The notes: a model not told the origin generated them from the letters alone. 64,000 nt of DNA from an uncultured Acidobacteriota bacterium (GCA_963796275.1 CAWCKY010000001.1:1-64000), one strand, 5' to 3'; shown: positions 32,703 to 43,451, numbered from the stretch's first letter. Translations and numbers: made by a program.

Positions 32703-34250
32703 TCATACTTTACGCCGGCGCTTTTGTTTATTTGCCGCCGGCAGTTTCGCTCTCTGATTGACGCGCGATTTGATCTCAGGCGCTCCGGCGCGTTCTAGAG
32801 TCGGCCCCGGAACGGTCACCGTCCTGATCTTCCCATCCTGAGATGAGGCATTCCGGTGTTCCAAGCGGGACTCGTACCTTTCGGCAAGAATCATCCTGAC
32901 GGTCTCTTTAGGCGTGTAAAGAGTGATCCTCGGATCATTGACTCTTGCCTTCTGGTTGATTGCCGCGATCACATCCGCATGGCCCGCGTGCCAGCATTTG
33001 ACGCACTGAAACCTATCTCCCTTGCGATTCGCCTTACTCAAATAACCGCAAGCGGGACAGGTTTGCGAGCTGTATGCCGGATTGACCTGCTCTCGACGGC
33101 ATCCTGCCGCCGACGCCTTGAAGTCGATCCTTCCCCTCAACGCGTGTCGATGCCAATAACTCACCCGCCGTGAGAGTTCCTTGCTCTGCGCCGGACCACG
33201 CAGATCCAGCTTTTCGACCACCATCACCGCAGGCTTTCTCTCTTCGATCACCTGATTGAACGCCCGATTGACTTCGTTCGCTATCCGCGCGCGGATCCGC
33301 CGCTGCCGCGCTTTCTGTTTTTTGCGACCCAGATTGTATTGCCCGATCTGGTGCGCTTTCGCACCTTTACCTTGCCGGCGATATTTCTTTTGCAGCCCGT
33401 GCAGTTTGTTTCTCTTCTTCCCTTTCTCGTTGAGCGCGGCGCTCGCTTCCTTCAAGACCGCCCCCATCTCCTCGCCGTAGAGTTGCCCCGCGTCATCGGC
33501 GAAGACTTCCGTCACCCCCACATCCAAGGCCACCACTTCCTCACTCGCCGGTTTCCGAGCTTTGACCTCGAACGGGACGTGCAATTCCACGCTGCGCTTC
33601 TCCGGCGCGAGCACCACTCGCAGATTCCCTTTGATCTCCCCTCCGCCCTTGAGCGGGATACCAAGACGTTTGCCTCGTTCCAGGCAACTGATCGCGATCC
33701 ACTCACCTGTCTCCGTCTCGGAGACACGATATAACGTCTCATCCAACACAAAGCTGCGTGCTCGGCGCACTTGCGGACGCCGCCCCATGATCTTGCGCGC
33801 CTGCCGCCGCACATAATTCTGCACCTGCTTCCGCTCAGATAAACTCAAAGCGATCTGTTCGCTTTTCGGCGCGCGGCCCAATATTAATTGCGAAAATCTC
33901 TGCGGGTCTGACAATAACCAGCGCCCGTATCCTTTCTGTGCCGTGCTCCACTCACGCCCACTGACATAAATCTCTTCAGCGATCGCCGCCCAATATTTCT
34001 CCTCCGTTTCAAAGGCTTCCTTGACCGCCAGGTCCGACATGTGCACAGGCAAGGAGATGCGCCTGTGATAATCGCTCAGCTTCAATTCGTCGCGCCGGTC
34101 GCGCCAAGTGTCCGCCGAGGCGAAGTTCGTCGCCCCCTGATAATGCTCCAGATGACGCTGCTTATCGCAGGCAAACTCCTCTGCCAGGCGCTCGATGGCT
34201 TTCCATTTGCCCCAATTCAACTCCACGCTTTCACGTTTGACTGTTCGCAT
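32703..34250 (-). CDS. tnpB: RNA-guided endonuclease TnpB
   Basis: RuvC D-E-D intact (ALDVG, VVEKL, ADVIAAIN); CPAC..CVKC zinc finger; VNPAYSSQTC. Confidence 0.92.
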   Translation of the reverse strand: MRTVKRESVELNWGKWKAIERLAEEFACDKQRHLEHYQGATNFASADTWRDRRDELKLSDYHRRISLPVHMSDLAVKEAFETEEKYWAAIAEEIYVSGREWSTAQKGYGRWLLSDPQRFSQLILGRAPKSEQIALSLSERKQVQNYVRRQARKIMGRRPQVRRARSFVLDETLYRVSETETGEWIAISCLERGKRLGIPLKGGGEIKGNLRVVLAPEKRSVELHVPFEVKARKPASEEVVALDVGVTEVFADDAGQLYGEEMGAVLKEASAALNEKGKKRNKLHGLQKKYRRQGKGAKAHQIGQYNLGRKKQKARQRRIRARIANEVNRAFNQVIEERKPAVMVVEKLDLRGPAQSKELSRRVSYWHRHALRGRIDFKASAAGCRREQVNPAYSSQTCPACGYLSKANRKGDRFQCVKCWHAGHADVIAAINQKARVNDPRITLYTPKETVRMILAERYESRLEHRNASSQDGKIRTVTVPGPTLERAGAPEIKSRVNQRAKLPAANKQKRRRKV

Positions 34251-34818
34251 CTTCTATCGCCTTGATCGCCCGCCGCGCCCGATTCGCGGCTGACCGCTTC
34301 CCATATAGTCGCGCGCAAAAGGAGGTCAGGACTTCCGTCATATCACGAACTATATCTTCTTTGACTTCACTCTCATCCATTACCATGATTCGCCGGCCCT
34401 GTCCGGCGAGCGCCGCTTCCAAATACTCGTACCCGAATCTCATCAGTCTATCCCGATGCTCCACTACAATGACGCCTATGCTATTATCTCGCAACAATTT
34501 CATCAGCTTTGTTCTTTGGCCGTTCATCGCCGAGCCGATCTCAGTGACTGATTGAGCGATCGGCAATTTCTTCTTTACTGCATATTCAAGCAAACGCGCG
34601 ACCTGACGATCGAGATCATTCTTCTGGTCAGCCGATGAGACTCTGGCATATAAGGCCACGCCCTGGGCTTTCTCTCCTTCGGCTCGTGTTTTGACAATGA
34701 TTGTTCCCGTCGCCAGTTGTTCGGCTTCCACGGGCAAGGTACCGGCTTGAAACATCCGCCAAGCGGTGCGATAGCTCAATCCGTTTTCCCTGGCCCATTT
34801 GCTCAACTTCATACGCAT
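34231..34818 (-). CDS. tnpA: IS607-family serine recombinase TnpA
   Basis: MKLSKWAREN HTH; LYARVSSADQKNDL, VEHRDRLMRFG, TSFCARLYG. Confidence 0.95.
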   Translation of the reverse strand: MRMKLSKWARENGLSYRTAWRMFQAGTLPVEAEQLATGTIIVKTRAEGEKAQGVALYARVSSADQKNDLDRQVARLLEYAVKKKLPIAQSVTEIGSAMNGQRTKLMKLLRDNSIGVIVVEHRDRLMRFGYEYLEAALAGQGRRIMVMDESEVKEDIVRDMTEVLTSFCARLYGKRSAANRARRAIKAIEDANSQT

Positions 34819-34865
34819 ATATGATCATAATTGCTCATATATATCCATATTAATTTGAGCTGTGG

Positions 34866-35268
34866 CCAACCCTTGCGCCAGCTCGACATAAGCAAAATCG
34901 GCCCCTGAATGATCTAAACTCAGATTCTCATCCTCAACGCGCAACTCCTGGACTGGCGAGGTCACAAGCCGCCAGCCGTCAGCGTTAACCTCCATCCTAA
35001 GCCCGACACCGAGCCAACCCATCTTGAGCATGCAGCCCCCAAAGGTTGAACCGCTCACGGTAGCCTCAACCAACTCAGCCAAGTATTTCCAGCCCTTCAC
35101 AAGCGCGCGCCCCGACTCAGGTTCGAGCAGGAATATCTCATAGTCGCTATTGCATGTGCGCACGTGGATCGTATCGCAAGGTTCCAGCGTTTCCAGCATC
35201 ACCCCCTCAAGCTCATCCTTCTTCCCAATGACTCCATCTAAAGTGTAATATTGCGACATGGTATACAT
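34866..35268 (-). CDS. hypothetical protein, 3' end interrupted by IS607
   Basis: VRTCNSDYEI..GSTFGGCMLKMGWLGVGLRME..TSPVQ; the ORF runs into the IS left end. Confidence 0.65.
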
Positions 35269-35722
35269 AATTTTCTCGATGCTTGCCCCCTCATATGAGT
35301 GTCAAGCATTCGTCCTTTCAAAACTGTTAAGGGTAAAAAGCGTGCCTGCGTTAAATGCTGGACTTATGGCTGGCAAGGAATAGCAAGTGGGTTAAATTGC
35401 GCACCATTTAGGTGAATTTGCCCGTTCAGATGGGCTGTGATCTTTTCGAGGTCTCGCCTCCAGTCAAGAATTCTTATCCCTATCACGCAGCCATTTGCTC
35501 AATTAGCCACGTCGCATCCTCGATGTGAGCGGTGGGCCCGGAGTTTCAAGCATGGCTCGAAAAACTCGATCACAGAATCCCCGACCTGCAGCTAGGCCTC
35601 TTCCTCGGCGCTGAGCGATCAACCAACGTAAACATAAAGCTACTGATAATCAACAAGAAGGTATCTATCAATCAGCGAGTGCGGTTCGAAGTGGCCGAAG
35701 AGCTTACAGAGGAAAGACTAAA

Positions 35723-36091
35723 ATGAACAGCGCTAAATCCGCGTCTCAAGTAAGTACACGTGCCCGAGCTGCGACCAGAACGCATGGGGCGAAGCCGTTG
35801 GTTGATAAACATGGAGGAATGGCAATGACCAGTCTCAATAAAATAATAAACAAGATATATGCTGACGAGGTCGAGATCACAACGGAAGTGCAAGTTAACA
35901 TTGCGTTGTCTTTGTTTAGATCGGAGGAAGGCAAATTAGTGGCCCAAATTAACTTTGTGCGAGATGGCGAGTACCTCGAGATTGAAGATGCCGGCATCTT
36001 TTTTCATGTTTCACCTGATGAGGCCTGCAAGATTGCAAACATTTCACCAGACGACGATGTCTGGGAAGTCGAAGAGCTACATGCAATATAG
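35723..36091 (+). CDS. hypothetical protein
   Basis: Acidic ORF; GGAGG RBS before MAMTSL suggests a start near 35819. Confidence 0.5.
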   Translation: MNSAKSASQVSTRARAATRTHGAKPLVDKHGGMAMTSLNKIINKIYADEVEITTEVQVNIALSLFRSEEGKLVAQINFVRDGEYLEIEDAGIFFHVSPDEACKIANISPDDDVWEVEELHAI

Positions 36092-36096
36092 CGGTA

Positions 36097-36449
36097 CGTG
36101 GAAGGTAAACCCTGCCAAGAGTAAAACCGAGAACCCGATATGTTTACTCCATTTTCCACACTAGAAAATTGTGTGCAAATGTGCAATTGGGTTGACGTGT
36201 CAGGGGTGTTTTATGAAGTTCAATGCGCCCCTCAGCCATGCCTGTAAAGGCAGGGGGTAAGGACGGATGGTGACTGTGATCTGACTCGTTGCCCTGCCGG
36301 TTGTTCATTTGTCACCATCCGGTTTCTGGGAAATCCCCCCTTTCTGATTCACGCAACAAAAGGGTATTCATTTACAAATTCCCCCTCAAGCGGTTCCCAC
36401 GAACACAGGGTATTCAAGACAAACAATCTTCAATACCAAAAGGTTGGCA
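36097..36449 (+). ncRNA. ~350-nt conserved structured non-coding element, copy 1
   Basis: Highly similar to 55330-55678, with 1-nt indels, loop changes and G-U-tolerant stem changes. Confidence 0.5.
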
Positions 36450-36456
36450 TTCTATT

Positions 36457-36595
36457 ATGAGCGTTGATCCCGGCATTGATCATCGAATCGCCATCAACTC
36501 GCATAAAGAACGTCGTCGCCGGCTGTTTGGAGATTCCGACCGATATCCAGAGACTCCTCGATGTAATCCTGTGCGAGTGAATGAAAACCTGCTGA
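36457..36595 (-). pseudogene. umuD: UmuD/LexA S24 peptidase remnant
   Basis: AGFHSLAQDYIEESLD / PATTFFMRVDGDSMINAGI across two frames. Confidence 0.8.
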
Positions 36596-36639
36596 AACAC
36601 ACGCGCCATGACAAGCGGGAGCCTCGTGGCCAAAGGCAG

Positions 36640-37028
36640 CGACGCATACCGAGAGGCGAACCGCTAAGGCGGAGAGGCGTGGGCTGTGGGCGGATCCGTC
36701 GCCGGTGGCGCCGTGGGAGTTTCGAAGGGGTAAGCGTGAGCCGAAAGTTGATGTTACCGCGCCGGCAGCTATAAGAGGCGAAGTAATAGGCAACAAAAAT
36801 AGTGGAATATACCACCGACCTAACTGTCCAGATTATCGCAAAGGTGTCAGAGCGTAACAGAGTAATTTTCGGAACAACGGCAGACGCCGAAAAGGCGGGC
36901 TACAGATTGGCAGGGATTTGCCCACGGTAAAAGTAGAAGCTCCTTGGTTGCACAATAAAATGCTGAATCAGCATTTAGCAAGAAATCAAACGTGATCTCA
37001 ACATCTGCTTTTGTCCTAATACTTCATT
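36640..37028 (+). pseudogene. inverted degenerate duplicate of the thermonuclease-Ada 3' half plus its downstream DNA (23295-23680)
   Basis: RGLWADPSPVAPWEFRRGKR..VIGNKNSGIYHRPNCP..AGYRLAGICPR*, with a matching 3' flank. Confidence 0.85.
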
Positions 37029-37271
37029 CCTTTCCTTATCGATCCCATCGAGCCGGATATTGTGCTGTCACTTAGTGGATCGGAATAATAATTCAGAAAA
37101 CTGCAATTGTCGTAATTGATCTTGAAAGCACGAGCCCGTGCGAATGTTCTGTGACCGCCGTGGAACGGTGTGAAACGCTGGTGTTATATCCTGCTCAGAA
37201 GAAGATTTCGGGTGGCATAGGGACAAATAACATGAGCTGTGGAACACCGTGGAACAAGCTTCAACGTTTCT

Positions 37272-38256
37272 TCAGAGCGCGGCCTGGCCGATACGCCGCT
37301 CTTCTACGAGGCTAGCAATCATCATTACCAGTTCGGCAGGCTCGACCGGCTTGGCGACGTGCATGTTGAAGCCTGCGGTGAGTGCGCGCACCCAATCTTC
37401 TCTTCTACTCGCCATTGCCGTGAGCGCTATCGCCGGAAGCCGCTGCGACTCCTTAATTCGCTGCTCTGCTTCGAGCGTTCTAACACGTTTCATTACGGCG
37501 TAACCGTCTTCACCCGGCATGGCAATGTCATATATAAACACGTGGGGCCATTGACTGTCCGTCTGGGCGGCCAGAATCGACAGAGCCTCGTCTCCGGAAG
37601 AGACCGCTGTCACGACTGCGCCGCATTGGCTCAGAAAAGTAGCAAGCACTTCACGCGCTTCCTGCTGATCGTCCACCGCCAGCACCCTCACGCCTTCAAT
37701 TGTCGCTGTGTCGGGTAGTTCGATTGCGCCTTCAATATGTAAGGCGGGCAGTTTCATTTTAAAGAACCTGCTCTGCGCCAACAGCGGGAGTCTGATGGTG
37801 AAGGTCGAACCGAGCCCTATACCTTTGCTCGCGGCTTCGATCGTGCCGCCATGCAGTTCGGTCAGATGTTTTGCCAGCGCAAGCCCAAGACCGAGACCGC
37901 CACCCCTATGCGAGTTCAACGGATCGGCTTGGTGGAAACGGTCGAAGACATGAGGCAAAAATTCCGGCTCGATGCCTACGCCAGTATCGCTGACGACGAT
38001 GCAAATATCTTCTCCCTTCTAACCACAACTCGACACGCCCGCCTTTGGGAGTGAACTTGATCGCATTCGAGAGTAGATTCCAGATCACCGGCTGCAGTCG
38101 GACTGAATCGCCGGCGACCACCTCAGGCTGCCGGTCATAGCGCGTCCGTAGACTGACGCCTTTAGCCTCTGCCGCCGGGCGTACCACATCCATCGCGTTG
38201 TTGAGCACGGTCACGATGTCAGTCGGGCGCCTATCGAGTCGCAGCTTGCCGGAGGA
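37272..38256 (-). pseudogene. hybrid sensor histidine kinase/response regulator C-terminal remnant, frameshifted
   Basis: WNLLSNAIKFTPKGG; GGLGLGLALAKHLTELHGG; REC domain DIAMPGEDGY..HVAKPVEP. Confidence 0.88.
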
Positions 38257-38355
38257 ACGCCGACCAGTAACATTAAAGTTGACGTGCGAATAATTGCCGC
38301 GACGCATCGCGATCTACGAGCATAGGTCGAGGAAGGTTCTTTTCGGGAGGATTTA

Positions 38356-38838
38356 TATAATCGTCTCAACCCTTATCCTATCAGGACGCCACCGCTGCGC
38401 GAGCATCTCGAAGATATTCCACTGTTGATAGAGCCTACGCTTAAGAAAGTGAGAGCGCGTGCGAGATTGCAGTATGAGGTCAGGTTCGCCCCGGCTGCAC
38501 TCGACACGCTGTGTAACTGGGGCTACAGATGGCCGGGCAATTTTCGCGAGTTCGAAAACAAAATTCTGTGGCTTGCGATAAAAGCGAAGAGGACCGAGGG
38601 GGTCATCACGGAAGCTCTTGTGTGGGAGATGTTTGGGCGGAGCGGCGCAATTGCGGAGGACCGCAGCGGCGGCGCTAACGCCGAAATGGATGAGATGCGG
38701 GAATATCTCGACATCATGGGGGCGCTCAAGATGACACGCGGAAACAAACGAAAAGCAGCTCTCCTTTTGGGGATGCCTCGCACAACAATGCAATCGAAGC
38801 TCCAGAGATTCGAGCGCCGCGTATCAGGCCGTTTTTAA
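38356..38838 (+). pseudogene. sigma-54 bEBP C-terminal remnant (AAA lid + Fis HTH)
   Basis: PPLREHLEDIPLL, WPGNFREFEN, GNKRKAALLLGMPRTTM. Confidence 0.8.
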
Positions 38839-38991
38839 AATACGCACAGCTTCAATCACTTATGCGCGATTTATCGGGGATAAAAAGTCTCGGCCGAGCC
38901 AGGAGCACAGAGTACAAACATCCACCAGCCGATAAAGCGTCTTCCCAATCCCTGCGACAAATCCGTGGCCGAGAGGCTCTCGTAGGGATTA

Positions 38992-39735
38992 GTGGTTAGT
39001 AGCGAGAGAATTTACGCAGGTAGTCCGAGCATACGAACAATGAAAAGAGCGAACAGCCCTAATAGACATACGTGTGCCCCCTCACAGACGAACGCGAAGC
39101 ATGGAGCTGCGGTCGATGGTGAGTCGCTCCTCGATGATCGAGATTGGGAACTTTTCCTGAAAGCCTCCGGACTTGATGGCGATCCGGAGGCGGCTGACGC
39201 GCAGGCTCGCCTCTGGCTGCGGCTTGACGAAACTCTCGACCAGCCGTCGAGCGGCAGGTGGTTACGGAGCACGTTTCGCGCCGGCATCAGGGAAGCTCAC
39301 AAGCGTTCGACGTTCAATCGAGTGACCATAGAAGAATACATGGCATATATCGAGGGGGACCTAGATATCTATTTTGTGAATGATGAAATTGAATTGCTCT
39401 ATCACAGAGAGGCAACGCCTATCGAGATTACGGCATGGAAAGATTCTCTGTTTGATGGGCGGGACTGGCTTATATTTTTGAGTCCGGATGCACTTCACGA
39501 CGATCCGGATGCGGCCGACGATCAGGCCCGTCTTTGGCTGCGACTCGATGAATCCCTCAACGATCCACAGAATGCAGCTCGATTACGGGATACATTTAGG
39601 GTAGGCATTAGAGAGGCTCAAACACGTTCGACATATAAACACCTGCCGCTACAAGAGTACATCGCACATATCAAGAACGGATACAGTCGAGAGATCTGGG
39701 ATACTCTGAGCGGCATGGGCAGAAGGAGAGGGTAA
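38992..39735 (+). CDS. hypothetical protein with two tandem copies of an unknown ~80-aa domain
   Basis: SL.D.RDW..FL....DP.AAD.QARLWLRLDE.L....LR.TFR.GIREA..RST...EY.A.I occurs twice. Confidence 0.7.
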   Translation: MVSSERIYAGSPSIRTMKRANSPNRHTCAPSQTNAKHGAAVDGESLLDDRDWELFLKASGLDGDPEAADAQARLWLRLDETLDQPSSGRWLRSTFRAGIREAHKRSTFNRVTIEEYMAYIEGDLDIYFVNDEIELLYHREATPIEITAWKDSLFDGRDWLIFLSPDALHDDPDAADDQARLWLRLDESLNDPQNAARLRDTFRVGIREAQTRSTYKHLPLQEYIAHIKNGYSREIWDTLSGMGRRRG

Positions 39736-39736
39736 T

Positions 39737-40333
39737 ATGGCCGCAAGACCACGAGACACTCCCTCACCCAAACAAATTAAAGACGCGTTGAGACAGGCAT
39801 CAGATGGCGACCTGTTCTATGAGGTCTGTCGACGGGGGATGATCTCGTCTCCGGAAATCAAAAGAAGGGAAAAGTGGGGTGAGGCAAAAAAATCCCTAGA
39901 AGATCAAAAAGATTCTGCAGCCAGGCACAGAGAATATGTTCAGGAATTGTTTGTCCTACTTCACCAGAAGCGGATCGAGAAGATAGAGGAGAAATGTATC
40001 TGGCGCGCGCACACGGTTCCTGAGTTTGCGGCTCTTGGCGTGATGATGACCAAAACAATCTTCGATCATTTGGTCGATGCCCGGCGTGCCGAGTTGGATC
40101 AGGGCAGTTGTAATATTGAATCGCTATTGGAAGACTTCATGAGTGATAGCGGCCGCTCATTTGCGGAAAGTCTTGTTTCAGGAGATATCCGCATCCGGTC
40201 TACTTTGTGGGCAAGTCTCATTTATACGACGGTCCATTATGCTGCTAGGTCTTTCTCGGACATTGTGGATGAAGATGCAGTAGAGGCAGATCAGGACAAT
40301 CGGAGTCCCGAAGAGCCTGGTTTCATCAACTAA
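39737..40333 (+). CDS. hypothetical protein
   Basis: 198-aa ORF directly after the previous gene, with an AGGAG RBS. Confidence 0.65.
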   Translation: MAARPRDTPSPKQIKDALRQASDGDLFYEVCRRGMISSPEIKRREKWGEAKKSLEDQKDSAARHREYVQELFVLLHQKRIEKIEEKCIWRAHTVPEFAALGVMMTKTIFDHLVDARRAELDQGSCNIESLLEDFMSDSGRSFAESLVSGDIRIRSTLWASLIYTTVHYAARSFSDIVDEDAVEADQDNRSPEEPGFIN

Positions 40334-40390
40334 CGAAAAGCCAGCCAGTGACGCATTTTTAAGTAGGCGGAGGACGATTGAAACGAATAG

Positions 40391-40562
40391 AGTCGCCTTT
40401 TCCACTTATGTGCATCGTGCTCCGCTCCTCCGCCGTCAATTCCTCCGCTTTTGCTCCGGCCCCCGGGTGATTGCGCTCGGTCGCTGCGCAACATAGCAAA
40501 TAAGAGGAAAAGGCTATCACCCAGTTCTGTCGAACTATGATTACGATGCGCGAACACAATCT
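40391..40562. repeat. long stem-loop element, copy 1 (paralog of 57805-58000)
   Basis: Arms GCCTTTTCCACTTATGTGC (40395) and GCAAATAAGAGGAAAAGGC (40496-40514), followed by a conserved TATCACCC.AGTTCT..CGAACTA tail. Confidence 0.65.
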
Positions 40563-40838
40563 GTCGGCAGCGTCGGACCTTCCCAAGACTAGAAGGTCGG
40601 GGTGTAATTGACTTAGGTCGACTCCGCGGGAAGCCATCTTGATTATGAAGATGGTAAGCAACCCTCTGGGCTTCTGCGAATATCTATTCCTCTCGATTTC
40701 ATCCTCACTGATTTCTTCTTGCCATCGAAAGCGGGCTGCTGATAGAGAGTGGCGCAGTGCTTGATGTCACGGCAATCTTAATATTTTTTTATATGATATA
40801 TTCAATATTAATGGCACTTAGTTCGACATTAGGTACGT

Positions 40839-41972
40839 ATGATGAGTATTCAGAATCTCAACGAACTGGCAACACTCATCAAGCATGAGCATGAGCGCGA
40901 TGCTTTGCTCTCTCAGTGGAGGGAGCAAGTGCGGCAACTCCCATCAGCGAAGGATCTCGATACACCCACGCTGAACGATCAGATTCCCGCCCTCCTTGAT
41001 GAATTGGCCGCCGCATTCCACTCAGCGTCTGATCAAACGATCCCGGAAGAGATTCGGGAAGGCAATTCGCCAGCCCACGGCATGCAGCGGTATCAAGATG
41101 GGTTCGACATCATCGAAGTTGTGGCAGAGTACAATATCCTTCGCGGCTGCATCTACGATCTCGCCGAAACCCATGGCCTCAGCCTGGATGGCAAGGCGTT
41201 CCATATCTTGAATCGCGTCCTGGATAAGGCGATCGGATTGGCCGTCCAGACATTTTCCACTCAGCAAGCGCTCGAAATGCAGCGGCGCCGTGAAGAGTAT
41301 TTGGCATTTGTGGCGCACGATCTGCGCAGCCCGCTTAATGCTATCTCCCTTGCCGCGCATGTTCTGCAACCCCCGTTCTCTGAGCAAGACGACAGCGCTG
41401 AAACTGCCCAGATGCTCAAGACGCTCCACCGTAACGTGCAGCGTCTTCAAGCGCTGGTTGAAAACGTGTTAAAAGAGAGCGATCACATCCAAACTGAGAC
41501 CGGCATCAAATTGGAGCGCCGTGAGTTCGATTTATGGCCGCTTGTCGCGGCCCTTATCCACGATCTGCATCCTGTGGCTGGAACCTCCCGTACGCAACTT
41601 ATCAACGAGGTTCCCGAGGATCTAATCGCTTACGCGGACGCGAGTTTACTGAAGCGTGTATTTCAGAACTTGATCGCGAATGCGATTAAGTATACCCCGC
41701 GCGGAGAAGTCGTCATCGGGGTGCGAGAAGTCGGAGCGGCAGGCGGCCTCGAGTGCTGGGTCCGCGACAATGGCGCTGGAATCCCTGAAGACCGGCTCGA
41801 AATAATCTTCGACAAACTAGAAACCGATCCGGAAAAGGAAGGTGGAACAGGCCTGGGTCTTGCCATCGTGAAGACGTTTGTCGAGGCGCACGACGGGAAT
41901 GTGACTGTGGAAAGTAAGGAAGGCGTTGGCTCAACTTTCCGGTTCACGCTTCCTGGCCGGGGGGCAGGTTAG
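40839..41972 (+). CDS. sensor histidine kinase with RsbRD-N-like N-terminal domain
   Basis: HGMQRYQDGFDIIEVVAEY; VAHDLRSPL; QNLIANAIKYT; DNGAGI; GTGLGLAI. Confidence 0.92.
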   Translation: MMSIQNLNELATLIKHEHERDALLSQWREQVRQLPSAKDLDTPTLNDQIPALLDELAAAFHSASDQTIPEEIREGNSPAHGMQRYQDGFDIIEVVAEYNILRGCIYDLAETHGLSLDGKAFHILNRVLDKAIGLAVQTFSTQQALEMQRRREEYLAFVAHDLRSPLNAISLAAHVLQPPFSEQDDSAETAQMLKTLHRNVQRLQALVENVLKESDHIQTETGIKLERREFDLWPLVAALIHDLHPVAGTSRTQLINEVPEDLIAYADASLLKRVFQNLIANAIKYTPRGEVVIGVREVGAAGGLECWVRDNGAGIPEDRLEIIFDKLETDPEKEGGTGLGLAIVKTFVEAHDGNVTVESKEGVGSTFRFTLPGRGAG

Positions 41973-42125
41973 CGGCGCTTGACATGTAGGAGCTGTAAAA
42001 GGCATTCAGACCGAAGCGCGGCCTCGGGGCTACTTTTGTCATGCGCGCAGTATGAAATACGCCAGGAGCGCCGGACGATATATAAGAAGAAGCCTTAGCT
42101 ATTTGATCAAACCACAGCGCTGCCT

Positions 42126-42689
42126 TCACCAGCCCGGGGTGAAAGAGGGAAGGAGGATAGCGGCTGGGATCGAGCCGCCGCCGCAAGCCTTCTTGAGCCT
42201 TTCCATCATTTGTGACTCCTGGGTGGGATCGAGCTTTCCGGCCCATAACTCCTCCAGCTTATGCTTCCCGTCCAGCAGCAACAGAGTCGGCGTACCCCTC
42301 ACTCCCAGCTTCGACACATCCATCGAGATCACCTCGTCCACCCCGATCCTCTGTTCTTTGAGGTAGCTTTCGGCCTCCTCCTTGCTCTGGGGCAGGACCG
42401 CCACCAGCCGCAGCCCTTGCGGGGAGGAATTCTTGAAGGCCGTCAGCTTTTGATAGAACCCGACGCTCTCCTGGCAGAAATGGCAGTTCTTCGAGAGCAC
42501 CAGGACCAGCGTAGGTTGTGGGCTGGTGGGGGCCGCGCCGGGCAGCTTGACCACGGCCCCTTTCGCGATCTCAGGCGCGAGTCTCGGATTGGGTCTTGAG
42601 CTGAGGTAGTAATTCCAGGCCAGGTTCCCGACCAGGACGGTACAGGCCACGATGATGGCTACATTTGTCGCTTTTTCCAGTCGAGTCAT
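42126..42689 (-). CDS. membrane-anchored thioredoxin-fold protein (TlpA/peroxiredoxin-like, CHFC)
   Basis: N-terminal TM; LSKNCHFCQES; GVRGTPTLLLLD. Confidence 0.8.
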   Translation of the reverse strand: MTRLEKATNVAIIVACTVLVGNLAWNYYLSSRPNPRLAPEIAKGAVVKLPGAAPTSPQPTLVLVLSKNCHFCQESVGFYQKLTAFKNSSPQGLRLVAVLPQSKEEAESYLKEQRIGVDEVISMDVSKLGVRGTPTLLLLDGKHKLEELWAGKLDPTQESQMMERLKKACGGGSIPAAILLPSFTPGW

Positions 42690-42869
42690 ATCAGGTTCCT
42701 CCTTGTCGTAGTCTTAGGCTTTGTTACAACAAACAGAAAAGCAGTCGCCCCGAATGCCTTGCGGATGTGTTGTGGATGCGTTGTCGCGGTAACTTCAGAG
42801 TGCCAACAATAAGTAAGCCGAGTACCGTTTTAAATCTTTAAATCAAGCCTGGGAATGTACTCCCTACTT

Positions 42870-43384
42870 ACTCCGTTTCGGCGGAAGGGAAGATTCAGGA
42901 TGTGCGCCTTCGATACCGAACTGGCCTGGTTCTTCTCGTAATGTTTGCGCAGCCGCAGCAGCGGATCGTTGTGATGATCCTGCGTCGGGCGCCCCGGGAA
43001 GACGTCGGTCTTCCCCTGTAAGATTTCGTTCGGGTCCTTGCCCGCGACCAGATCAAGGAAATGGCTATAGCGGTAGAGGTGATCGAAATCTTCCAGGAGG
43101 CCGAAGTCAAAAACATCCTTGACGTATTTATCCGGCTCATGTCGCGCCAGATAGGCCGTCAGATCGATCGCCACTTTGCTCATAAGCGATGGTCGGCTCC
43201 AGCACGATCTGATCCGCGTGTTGAGCCAGTTGATGGTCGTCTGCTGCTGGTCCTCGACTCGCCGCATGTAAGCCAGTTGGCCTTTCAAATCCATATCGGC
43301 GAGGTTGCGCGCGGCAGCGCGTATAAGCGTCCACATCGCGATCGCTTCGGGGAGATCGTTTACGCCAGCCATGTCCGACAGCAT
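42870..43384 (-). pseudogene. ferritin-like protein internal fragment
   Basis: RRVEDQQQ, AYLARHEPD.YVK..FDFGLLEDFDHLYRY; truncated at both ends. Confidence 0.6.
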
Positions 43385-43451
43385 GAATTACGATGCTGGA
43401 ACAATCATTGCGCCGCCGCGTACTGTGGTGGGGGTGACTTTCTACCACCTC

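Larger units (their letters stand above)
32674..34865 (-). mobile_element. IS607-family element (serine recombinase TnpA + TnpB)
   Basis: tnpA/tnpB pair; ends inferred from GG core dinucleotides (minus strand ...TTGG|CCACAG and ...GGAACGG|TTCTG) and subterminal CATAT/ATATG repeats. Confidence 0.85.

Noticed and set aside
32703-34250. TnpB as a Cas12f/type V effector
   Set aside because: No repeat array nearby; it overlaps an IS607 serine recombinase gene inside IS ends.
35328-35350. Sigma-54 promoters near 35340 and 14270
   Set aside because: Mismatch at the conserved -12 GC (35340) or at the GGC (14270); too weak to call.
36097-36449. Group II intron or protein-coding reading of the 350-nt repeat
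   Set aside because: No GTGCG start, domain V or RT gene; indels between the copies break every frame.
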